Source: Candidatus Velthaea sp. (GTDB taxonomy: Bacteria; Vulcanimicrobiota; Vulcanimicrobiia; Vulcanimicrobiales; Vulcanimicrobiaceae). From it: DNA of 64,000 nucleotides. This document shows positions 55,881 to 64,000 of the stretch, in pieces. The stretch is taken from assembly GCA_050012475.1 (NCBI GenBank), contig JBEKHC010000039.1, forward strand, positions 39,328 through 103,327, given 5' to 3'. The notes beneath the pieces were generated by a model. That model saw only the letters and a list, made by a program, of their open reading frames with translations. It made no database searches and was not told the DNA's origin. Every line of letters begins with the position of its first letter. Within the stretch, counting starts at the first letter, position 1. A program made the translations under genes and the position numbers.

Positions 55881-58800
55881 TTAGCGCGTCACAGCGACCG
55901 GCATCTGCGGCGGCCGCAGGGCCAAGGGCGGAAGAAACTCCGTCTCGTCCAAGCCGTGCGAACGTTTGAGGTGCTTGGGCGAGATCCACAGGTAGGCGAT
56001 CGGCACGATCACGAGCGTCAGCAGCAGCGACGAACTCAAGCCGCCGATCACGACGACGCCCAGTGATTGGCGCACAGCCGTACCCGGATCGAGCGCCAGC
56101 GCCAACGGCGTCATGCCGGCGATCATCGCGATGGTGGTCATCACGATCGGCCGGAAACGCGTCTCGGCTGCCGAGACGATCGCTGCGAGCTTCGATTTGC
56201 CCGCGTCGCGCTCCCGATTGGCAAAGTCGACGAGCAGGATGCCGTTTTTGACGACCAGGCCGATGAGCAGCACCATGCCGATGAGCGAGAAGAGATTGAG
56301 CGTCTCGCGCGTGATCGCAAGCGCTCCCAGCGCGCCGATCACTGCGAGCGGAACCGCGAACAGGATGATCGCCGGAGAGCGATAGCTGTTGAAGAGCGCG
56401 ACCATCAGCAGGTAGACGAGCGCGAACGCCAATCCCAGCGCCGCACCCATGCCGACGACGGTTTGGGCCAGATTCTCCGACGTGCTGCCCGACGCCACTG
56501 CGACCTTGATGTCGGACGGCAGATGCAGTGCGGCGACGCGGGCTTTGAAGGCACTCTCGACCGTCGACTGTGCGTATCCCGCGGCGACGTTTGCGCCGAC
56601 GGTGATCACGGTTTGACGGTTTTCGCGCGAGATCAGCGGCGCGACCGGCGCGTAGGTGAGCGTTGCGATGTCGCCGATGTGGACGATGCTGCCGTTGTCG
56701 GCCCGCACCGCGATCGACGCGATCGCGGCCACGTCGGTGCGGTCGGTTTGCGGATAGATCACGTCGACGTCGTAGATGCCGGTGTTGGTCGCATACGTGG
56801 TCGCGACATCGCCGCCGAACGCGGCGCGCACGGCCGACGCGGCGGTGCCGATGCTGACGTCCAGCGCACGCGCTGCGTCGCGGTTGAATTCCACGGAGAC
56901 TTGCGGCACGAGCGTGGCCGCACCGTCGGTGACGTTGGTCGCGCCCGGCGTCGCGGCCAGCGCTGCCCCGACGTGCGCGGCGGCCGCCGTGGGATCGCTG
57001 TTGTCGGTGGTCGACACCACGTAGTTGATCGGCTGGGCAATCCCGCCCCCAGGACTCGTTGAAGGAATGACCACGACGTTGGCTTGCGGAACGAGTGCGG
57101 GGATGTCGCGGCGATATTGCGCGACATAGTCGTTCGTCGATTCCTTGCGGTTGTCGGTAAGCTGCACGGTGATTTGGCCGAGCATCGCTTCGTTCACGAA
57201 CGCCCGCTGCGACTGCGCGCCGCCGGCGATCGCGTTCTCGCTGGCGAGGTCCGGCGTGTGCGTCATGACGTACTGTTCGACCGTGGCGATGCGGGCGCGC
57301 GTCGTGTCGACGGCGGTGCCGGCCGGAAAGGTGAACTGAACGGTGAGCTGCCCGCGGTCGGTCGGCGGCATGAACTCAAAGCCGATCGCTCCCAACGGGA
57401 CGAGCGCGATCGACGCGGCGAGCAGCGCGACCGCCGTTCCCGCGACGAGCTTCTGCCGGCGCAGCGACCACGCCAGGACCGCGTGCACGTAGAAGGAGCG
57501 CACCCGCTCGAACCCGCGCTCGAAGGCGCGGATGAACCACGGCGCCTGCCAAAGCGTGCGCAGCGACCAGTGCGCCGCCAGTGCCGGCGTGATGGTGAAC
57601 GAGGTGAACAGCGAGGTGAGGGTCGCGACCGCCACCGTCAGGCCGAACTCGTTGAGGATGCGCCCGAGTTGACCGGGCAGGAACGCGATCGGAACGAACA
57701 CGACCACGTCGACGAGCGTGACGACGACCGCCGCCAAACCGATCTCGTTCCGTCCATTGAGCGCCGCCGCTAACGGCCGTTCGCCGCGCGCGCGGTGGCG
57801 CTCGATATTCTCGAGCACGACGATCGAGTCGTCGACGAGGATGCCGATCACCAGCGTCATCGCCATGAGCGAGATCGTATCGAGCGTGAACCCGACGAGT
57901 TTCATCACGCCCAGCGTGATGCCCAGCGACGTCGGGATCGCCAACATGACCACCACCGCGTTGCGCCACGAACCCAGGAAGAACACCATCACGATGCCCG
58001 TCAGCAGCACGCCTTCGAGCAGCGTGTGAATGACGCCGTTGATATCCTGCTGCGTCTGCGCGGCCGAGTCCGTGGTGACCGAGAAGGTGACGTCGGCGTA
58101 TTCTTTGGTCATCTTCGGCAGCGCTGCGAGGACCGCATCGGCGACGGAGACTTCGCTTGCGCCGGCCGACTTGATGACGCTCAGCGTTATGCCGCTGTTG
58201 CCGTCGAATGTGGAGTACGAGCGCTGCGGCTCCTCGCCCGTGCTCACGCTGGCCACGTCGCCGATGTGCAGCAATTGCTGCGCGACGCTCCAGGGCGAGA
58301 GCGACGCCGTCGACGTGCTGGTCGAACTCGACGTCGTGCCGGCCGCATTCGTCGACGGCAATAACAAGTTGGCGACCGTCGCCGGATCTTGGATGTCGCC
58401 CCGGACGTCGATGCTCGTTTCTTTCGAACCCGAAGTGGCATAGCCGCCCGGCGCGCGATTGTTGTTCGACGCAATCGACGCAACGATGTCGCCCAGCGTG
58501 GCGCCGTGCGCGGCGAGCGCTTGCGGGTCGGCCTGAACGATCATCGCCGGCGTCGCGGCGCCGCGCGCCTGCACCGACGAAACGCCCGCGATCTGCTCGA
58601 GTTCGGGCACGATGCGATTGGTGACCGTCATCGCCAGTGCATTAGGCGCCAGCGATTTCGAGGACACGACCATGCCGACCACCGTCGTTTGACTGGGATC
58701 GAAGGTCGACACGGTCGGCGTTTTCAGATCGCTGGGCAACTGCGACTGCGCGGCCTGCACGCGATCTTGGATCGCAACGAGATCGGCGTTCTTGTCGGAG

Positions 58801-59093
58801 TTGAGGTCGAAGGTCGCCGAGATCGTCGCCTGGCCTTCTTGCACGGATGAGGTGAGATACTGCAAGCTCGGCGCGCCGGCGATCTGGTCCTCGAGCGGCT
58901 TGACGATCGAATCGCGCATTTGGGTCGGCGACGCGCCCGAATAGCTGACGTTGACCGACACGACGGGGAAATCGACGTTGGGCATTTGCTGGCGCACCAG
59001 CGATTGCCAGGCGTACCCGCCGATGAGCGCGACGAGCAGCAGCGTGACGAACGCCAGCGTCGGCCGGGCGATGAAGAGTTTGGTCGGCGACAT
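55881..59093 (-). CDS. RND efflux permease (AcrB family)
   Basis: IGILVDDSIVVLENI, GLVVKNGILLVD, RFRPIVMT; start set at ATG 59093. Confidence 0.93.
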   Translation of the reverse strand: MSPTKLFIARPTLAFVTLLLVALIGGYAWQSLVRQQMPNVDFPVVSVNVSYSGASPTQMRDSIVKPLEDQIAGAPSLQYLTSSVQEGQATISATFDLNSDKNADLVAIQDRVQAAQSQLPSDLKTPTVSTFDPSQTTVVGMVVSSKSLAPNALAMTVTNRIVPELEQIAGVSSVQARGAATPAMIVQADPQALAAHGATLGDIVASIASNNNRAPGGYATSGSKETSIDVRGDIQDPATVANLLLPSTNAAGTTSSSTSTSTASLSPWSVAQQLLHIGDVASVSTGEEPQRSYSTFDGNSGITLSVIKSAGASEVSVADAVLAALPKMTKEYADVTFSVTTDSAAQTQQDINGVIHTLLEGVLLTGIVMVFFLGSWRNAVVVMLAIPTSLGITLGVMKLVGFTLDTISLMAMTLVIGILVDDSIVVLENIERHRARGERPLAAALNGRNEIGLAAVVVTLVDVVVFVPIAFLPGQLGRILNEFGLTVAVATLTSLFTSFTITPALAAHWSLRTLWQAPWFIRAFERGFERVRSFYVHAVLAWSLRRQKLVAGTAVALLAASIALVPLGAIGFEFMPPTDRGQLTVQFTFPAGTAVDTTRARIATVEQYVMTHTPDLASENAIAGGAQSQRAFVNEAMLGQITVQLTDNRKESTNDYVAQYRRDIPALVPQANVVVIPSTSPGGGIAQPINYVVSTTDNSDPTAAAAHVGAALAATPGATNVTDGAATLVPQVSVEFNRDAARALDVSIGTAASAVRAAFGGDVATTYATNTGIYDVDVIYPQTDRTDVAAIASIAVRADNGSIVHIGDIATLTYAPVAPLISRENRQTVITVGANVAAGYAQSTVESAFKARVAALHLPSDIKVAVASGSTSENLAQTVVGMGAALGLAFALVYLLMVALFNSYRSPAIILFAVPLAVIGALGALAITRETLNLFSLIGMVLLIGLVVKNGILLVDFANRERDAGKSKLAAIVSAAETRFRPIVMTTIAMIAGMTPLALALDPGTAVRQSLGVVVIGGLSSSLLLTLVIVPIAYLWISPKHLKRSHGLDETEFLPPLALRPPQMPVAVTR

Positions 59094-59094
59094 G

Positions 59095-60375
59095 TTAAGG
59101 TACTGCGACTTTCTGGCCGTCCGCGAGCGAACTGCCGTCGGCAACGATGTGCGTGCCGGACGCGATGCCCGAGACGATCGCGTTCTGGGCCGTTTCCGCC
59201 AAAACGCGCACCGGCACGGTGTGATAGGCTCCATCGGTCACGACGCCGACCGCCGTTTCGGTTCCGCCGGCAAATGCCGCGCGCGGAATCTCGGTGCCGG
59301 TGACGGGCGTGAGCGCGACGTTCGCGTCGACCGCCATGCCGGCTAACAACGTTCCGTCGGTATTGTCGAGCGCGACTTTGATGGTGAAGTTGGTCGAGCC
59401 AGGCGCGGCCTGACCCAAGATCGCGACGATCTTCCCTTGCTTTGCGATCGTGCCGCCGTGCTGCGTGACCGTCACGGCATTGCCGACCCGCGCCCCGGCA
59501 AGCTGTTCGGACGACGCGTTGAGCTGCGCGTCCACCGTGGACAGAGCTTGGATGGTGAACAAGGTGCGCGAACCCGGATATTCGCCCGGATTGAGGTTGC
59601 GATTGGTCACGACGCCGTCGACGGGCGCGACCAGCGTTGCGCGCGCGATCTGCGCAGCCACCTGCTGAGCGGTCGCGTGGGCTTGCGCCGCGACCTGACG
59701 CAGCGACGCGAGACTCGCGCCCTGTAAACCCGAATCCTGCGACCCGTTCGTGCCGGCGGTCAAGCGGGCGGCGCCGAGCGCCACCTGGGCGGCGCTCAGC
59801 GCCGAGCGGTCCGCGGCAACCGTCTGCGCCTGAGCGTCGACGGTCTGCTGCGCGACGTAGCCGCTGACGAGCAGCTGCGCGTCGCGCGTGAGATTGGTTT
59901 GATCGAGCTGCAGCTTCTGCTGCGCCTGCGCGAGGGTCGCGGCAGCCGTCGCGACGTCGCTCTGCCCGGCGCCGATCGTCTGCGCCCCGGCATAGACTTG
60001 CTTGGCGGCGTTGGCGTCCGCCGCCAGCGCCGCGTGCAGATCGGCCTCATACTGCGCCTGCAGATCGGAAACGTCGAAGACGGCGAGCACGTCACCCTTG
60101 CGCACCTGCTGGCCCTCGACGACGTTGACCGCGGTCGCGGGCTCGCTCAGCGAACTGGTGATGAGCACGTTTTCGGCCGGGGCGATGAATCCGCCCAACG
60201 CTCGCATCGGGACGATCGTGCCGGATCCGGCGACGGCGCTGCTGACCGCGGAGAGCGGCGGCGGCGTTGTGGCCGCTGGGGTTCCGCGGCCGGCGCAGCC
60301 GGTGAGAACGACGCCCAGCGCGAGCGCCAAGCCCAGTGCGGCGCGCGACCGGGAAGGGAGAGTGTGCGTTGCCAT
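59095..60375 (-). CDS. RND efflux membrane-fusion (adaptor) lipoprotein
   Basis: Lipobox LTGC, VVEGQQVRKGDVL, LVAPVDGVV. Confidence 0.9.
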   Translation of the reverse strand: MATHTLPSRSRAALGLALALGVVLTGCAGRGTPAATTPPPLSAVSSAVAGSGTIVPMRALGGFIAPAENVLITSSLSEPATAVNVVEGQQVRKGDVLAVFDVSDLQAQYEADLHAALAADANAAKQVYAGAQTIGAGQSDVATAAATLAQAQQKLQLDQTNLTRDAQLLVSGYVAQQTVDAQAQTVAADRSALSAAQVALGAARLTAGTNGSQDSGLQGASLASLRQVAAQAHATAQQVAAQIARATLVAPVDGVVTNRNLNPGEYPGSRTLFTIQALSTVDAQLNASSEQLAGARVGNAVTVTQHGGTIAKQGKIVAILGQAAPGSTNFTIKVALDNTDGTLLAGMAVDANVALTPVTGTEIPRAAFAGGTETAVGVVTDGAYHTVPVRVLAETAQNAIVSGIASGTHIVADGSSLADGQKVAVP

Positions 60376-60450
60376 GGCGCTATCGTCGCGCGGACGGCTC
60401 CAAGCGCACTTGGAACGATTCGCAGCAAATCCGGAGGAAGTTCGCCTTCA

Positions 60451-61146
60451 ATGAAAACGATGGCACAGGAATCGGGGACCAAGGTCGCCGTGATCGATGA
60501 CGAGGAGGGTCTGCGCGACTTGCTGCAGGTCGGCCTGGGCATGGACGGGTTTCAAGTGCGCAGTGCCGCCGACGGCGTCGCGGGGCTCGAGCTGATTCGA
60601 ACGTGGCAACCGGACTGCATTTTACTCGACGTGATGCTGCCCAAGATCGACGGCTTTACGCTCGTGGCGATGATCCGGCGTATCACCGAGGCGCCGATCC
60701 TCATGCTGACCGCGCGCAGCGAGGTGCGCGACCGGATCGAGGGCTTGCGCTCGGGCGCCGACGATTACATCCCCAAACCGTTCGATCTCGAGGAGCTGGC
60801 GTTGCGCGTGCGCGCCGCCGTGCGCCGGCCTACGATGCGCGAAGTCGAGCACATCGCGTTCGAAGACCTCACGATCGATCTGCAGGCGCACACCGTCGCG
60901 CGCGGCGGCCGCTACCTCAAACTTTCCGCGCGTGAGTTCGATCTGCTCGTCACGCTCGCGCGCCGGCCCAAACGCGTGTTCACGCGCGACGAACTGCTCG
61001 ACATGGTGTGGGGCAGCGAGCGCGATACGTCGCCGCAAACCGTCGAAACCTACATCTCCTATCTGCGCCAGAAAGTCGACGCCGGATTCCCCGCTGCGCT
61101 CATCCACACCGTGCGCGGCGTCGGCTACACCTTGCGCGGCTCGTGA
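60451..61146 (+). CDS. OmpR-family response regulator
   Basis: VIDDE, LLDVMLP, GADDYIPKPF, IHTVRGVGY. Confidence 0.92.
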   Translation: MKTMAQESGTKVAVIDDEEGLRDLLQVGLGMDGFQVRSAADGVAGLELIRTWQPDCILLDVMLPKIDGFTLVAMIRRITEAPILMLTARSEVRDRIEGLRSGADDYIPKPFDLEELALRVRAAVRRPTMREVEHIAFEDLTIDLQAHTVARGGRYLKLSAREFDLLVTLARRPKRVFTRDELLDMVWGSERDTSPQTVETYISYLRQKVDAGFPAALIHTVRGVGYTLRGS

Positions 61147-62462
61147 TCGGCACGCTGCGCGCCCGGCTCGTCGTCGCTACGGCGAGTCTGGGCATCGCCA
61201 TCATGCTCGTGTTCATCGTCGCGCTCACGCTCATCGGCGGACCGCTGATCTCGCGCCCGATCGTCGACTCCGTCGCCGCTGCCGCCGGCGATGCGCGACA
61301 GCTGGTCGCCGCGGCGCCGGCCAGCGAAAACTTCGACGATCTCATCCGGCGCGTCGTCGACCGCGAGATGCTGCGCGGCGTCAGCGTGGCAATCATTCCG
61401 CCTCCCGAAGCGCAGCACGTGCGGCCCGGCGACACCGGCCCGCTGAGTTTAGCGCGCTTGATCGGCTTGCGCGGCGAAACCGTTCCGGTGCGCGGAAGCA
61501 TCCTGCTTCTTTTCCCCGAGCCGGACGCGGTCGATGCGGCAATCCGCGCCTATCTCCTGCTCGTCGGCGGCGCGGTTGTGGTGTCGCTCGTGCTGTCGCT
61601 GGCGGCCGCGCGCTGGAGCGCGGCCCAGGCGGTGTCGCCGCTGCTCGCCGTAACGGGCGAACTCGAGCGTTTTGCCGGCGGCGACTTTCGCGAACGCGAA
61701 CTGCAGACGCGTGACCGCGGCGAGATCGGCGCGCTCACGACGGCCTTCAACGCTGCGGCCCGTCAAGTCGCGCAATCGTTCGCCGAGCGCGCCCGGGTCG
61801 AAGAGGAGATGCGCCGTTTCGTCGCCGACGCCAGCCACGAGTTGCGCACGCCGCTCACCGTGGTCACCGGTTTCGTCGACGTGCTGCGCCGCGGCGGCTA
61901 CGCCGATGAAAACCTGCGCGACAATGCCTTCCGCCGCATCGCGACCGAGACCAAACGCATGCGGCAGCTCGTCGAACGGCTCATCGTGCTGGCCCGCATC
62001 GAGCGGTTGCCGTCGGTCGCGCCCGAGATCGTCGATCTCGCTGAGATCGCGCGCGAGGCCATTGCTGCGCGTTGCGCCGGCGGAACCGCCGTACCGCTGG
62101 CCGTGACCGGCGAAACAGCGTACGTTCGCGCCGATCCGGCCGACTTGCACGAGGCGATCGGCAACCTGATCGAAAACGCGCTCAAGTACGGCGTACAGCC
62201 GCAGGTCGGCATCGCGCGCGAAAACGGCACAGCCGTCGTGCGCGTGCAGGACGCGGGTCCGGGCATCGCCGCCGAGGACGCCGATAAAATTTTCGAGCGT
62301 TTCTACCGCAGCGCCGGGTCGCGCGAAACGCCCGGATCGGGCCTCGGCCTCACGATCGCGGCCGGCGCGGCGAAACGTGCGGGCGGAACGCTCGTCTTGG
62401 AGGACCCATCCGCCGGTCACACCACGTTCGCGCTGCGCTTGCCGCTCGTCGTCGTCCGGTAA
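61143..62462 (+). CDS. HAMP sensor histidine kinase
   Basis: GTGA overlap; DASHELRTPL, NLIENALKY, DAGPGI, GSGLGL. Confidence 0.92.
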   Translation: MIGTLRARLVVATASLGIAIMLVFIVALTLIGGPLISRPIVDSVAAAAGDARQLVAAAPASENFDDLIRRVVDREMLRGVSVAIIPPPEAQHVRPGDTGPLSLARLIGLRGETVPVRGSILLLFPEPDAVDAAIRAYLLLVGGAVVVSLVLSLAAARWSAAQAVSPLLAVTGELERFAGGDFRERELQTRDRGEIGALTTAFNAAARQVAQSFAERARVEEEMRRFVADASHELRTPLTVVTGFVDVLRRGGYADENLRDNAFRRIATETKRMRQLVERLIVLARIERLPSVAPEIVDLAEIAREAIAARCAGGTAVPLAVTGETAYVRADPADLHEAIGNLIENALKYGVQPQVGIARENGTAVVRVQDAGPGIAAEDADKIFERFYRSAGSRETPGSGLGLTIAAGAAKRAGGTLVLEDPSAGHTTFALRLPLVVVR

Positions 62463-62525
62463 GCTCGCGTCCAATCGTCCGGTTCGCCCGAGGAGAACGC
62501 TGCCGGTCCGGCACAGCGTTGGAGC

Positions 62526-63422
62526 ATGAAGCAAAAAATCGTCGGCGTGGCAGGCTTGGGTTCGATGGGCAGCGGGATGGTGCGGAGCTTGATCCGTGCG
62601 GGGTACACGGTCCAAGGCGTGGACGCGCACCCGACGCGCCTGGCCGATCTCGCCGAACGAGGCCTCGTCGCGACGAACACGCCGGCCGAAGCGGCGCGCG
62701 GCGCCGACGCCTTCCTCATCAGCGTCGTCGACGCCGCACAGACGCAGGCCGTGTTGTTCGGCCCCAACGGCGCGATCGAAACCCTCGCCCAGGACGCGGT
62801 GGTGGTCGCCACGACCACCGTGGCTCCGGCCTTTATCGAAACGCTCGAAGCGCAGTTGGGCGAGCGTGGCGTTTTGCTGCTGGATGCGCCGGTGTCGGGC
62901 GGCGCGGAAAAGGCCGCGACCGGTCAGCTTTCGATCATGGCGTCCGGCACGCCGGAAGCGTTCGACGGCGCGGCGGGCATCCTCGACGCGATCGGCAGCC
63001 ACGTGCATCGCGTGGGCCATCGCGCGGGATTCGGTTCACGCATGAAGAGCATCAATCAGCTGCTCGCCGGCGTGAACCTCGCCACGGCGTGCGAAGCGAT
63101 CGCGTATGCGATCCGGCTGGGCGTCGATCCGACCGAAGCGTTCAACGTGATTACCCACAGCGCCGGCAGCTCGTGGATTTTCGAGGACCGCATCCCGCAC
63201 GTGCTCGACAATGACTACGCGCCGCGCAGTGCGACGAACATTTTCCTCAAAGATCTGGGCATCGTGCTGAATCAGGGACTAGCCGAAAAGTTTCCGCTGC
63301 CGATGGCGGCAGCGGCGCATCAGCTGTTCGTGGCGGCGGCGGCGATGGGCTTCGGCGGCGATGACGATGCGTCGATCGCACGCGTGTACGCGGCGCTCGG
63401 GAATATCGAACTGCCGCAATGA
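62526..63422 (+). CDS. ltnD: NAD-dependent beta-hydroxyacid dehydrogenase, L-threonate dehydrogenase-like
   Basis: GLGSMGSG, DAPVSGG, KSINQLLAGV, SAGSSWIFEDR. Confidence 0.75.
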   Translation: MKQKIVGVAGLGSMGSGMVRSLIRAGYTVQGVDAHPTRLADLAERGLVATNTPAEAARGADAFLISVVDAAQTQAVLFGPNGAIETLAQDAVVVATTTVAPAFIETLEAQLGERGVLLLDAPVSGGAEKAATGQLSIMASGTPEAFDGAAGILDAIGSHVHRVGHRAGFGSRMKSINQLLAGVNLATACEAIAYAIRLGVDPTEAFNVITHSAGSSWIFEDRIPHVLDNDYAPRSATNIFLKDLGIVLNQGLAEKFPLPMAAAAHQLFVAAAAMGFGGDDDASIARVYAALGNIELPQ

Positions 63423-63438
63423 GCGCGGCGGGCCCGCA

Positions 63439-64000
63439 CTAGGAATTCTGTTCGAAGCACCAGCGCCGGATCGCCGTTGCGACGGCGGCGTGTTCGATCG
63501 GGCGCAGCCGTGCGATGACGTCGGCCGGATCGCCCGGGCCGTCCAGACGCAGGGGCGTTCGCACTACGATCGCTCCGCGATCCGTTTCGCGGGTGACGCG
63601 ATGCACGCTCGCGCCGAACCAGCGCACGCGCGCGGCCAGCGCGTCGCGCAACGCATGTGCGCCGCGAAACGCCGGGATCACGCTGCCGTCGGGCATCACG
63701 ACGTCATCCGCCGCCGGATCGAACGGCAGAAAGGCCGGGTGCACGTTGAGGATTTCGGCGAAGCGTTCGATGAACGCCGGCGGCAGCAAGTGCATCCAAC
63801 CCAACAAGAGCACGAGCTCGGGCTCGGTAGCGGCGACCGCACGCATGACCCGCTCGTCGTACGCCGCCCGCGATTCCGCGCCGCGCTGCCAGACCACCGT
63901 TTGCACCGCGACGCCGGCGCGTTGCGCGCGTTGGATCGCTTGCGCGCCGGCCGAATTCGCGATCAGGCCGCCGAGTGCGAGCGGCAACCGGCCCGTCGCG
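63439..64000 (-). CDS. purN: Phosphoribosylglycinamide formyltransferase (5'-truncated by window edge)
   Basis: LLGWMHLL, LNVHPAFLP, GASVHRV..TDRG. Confidence 0.8.
   Translation of the reverse strand, partial: ATGRLPLALGGLIANSAGAQAIQRAQRAGVAVQTVVWQRGAESRAAYDERVMRAVAATEPELVLLLGWMHLLPPAFIERFAEILNVHPAFLPFDPAADDVVMPDGSVIPAFRGAHALRDALAARVRWFGASVHRVTRETDRGAIVVRTPLRLDGPGDPADVIARLRPIEHAAVATAIRRWCFEQNS

Noticed and set aside
1..64000. CRISPR array, IS/transposase, prophage, rRNA
   Set aside because: No repeat-spacer pattern or matching protein/RNA motifs seen

Overview
GC-rich bacterial DNA. Positions ~1-46.8 kb are mostly a sulfur-acquisition and storage region: a Tau/Ssu-type ABC transporter, two MetNIQ systems, a FadL-like porin with DUF4395 and cysteine synthase, ssuCBA-tauD, a 2OG-Fe dioxygenase, an SBP-metY-ABC-SCO-YeiH cluster, a PaaK-like CoA ligase, a family 2A encapsulin with its cysteine desulfurase cargo, cysE, and a corrinoid methyltransferase module. 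A non-sulfur block (Crp regulator, oxidoreductase, GGDEF-EAL) interrupts it at ~18.8-26.1 kb. From ~46.8 kb the genes are ordinary (TetR/cupin, thrS, SpoIIE phosphatase, MFS, tsaD, RND efflux, two-component system, ltnD-like, purN). The main signal is missed by the ORF track: ten sulfur-related transcription units each start with the same cassette. It consists of a sigma70-like promoter (clear in 9 of 10), a start codon 6-10 nt after the -10 box (leaderless or nearly so), a 19-28 aa Cys-containing peptide (25 of 30 Cys codons are TGT), an antiterminator-like segment and a related intrinsic terminator. I interpret this as a dispersed cysteine-sensing transcription-attenuation regulon. Also notable: a 138-aa protein that is 50% Met+Cys (candidate sulfur store), an atypical tRNA-Cys at the end of the ssu-tauD unit, and an internally deleted copy of that tRNA at the start of the same unit. 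All calls come from reading the sequence by eye; no searches or folding programs were run.
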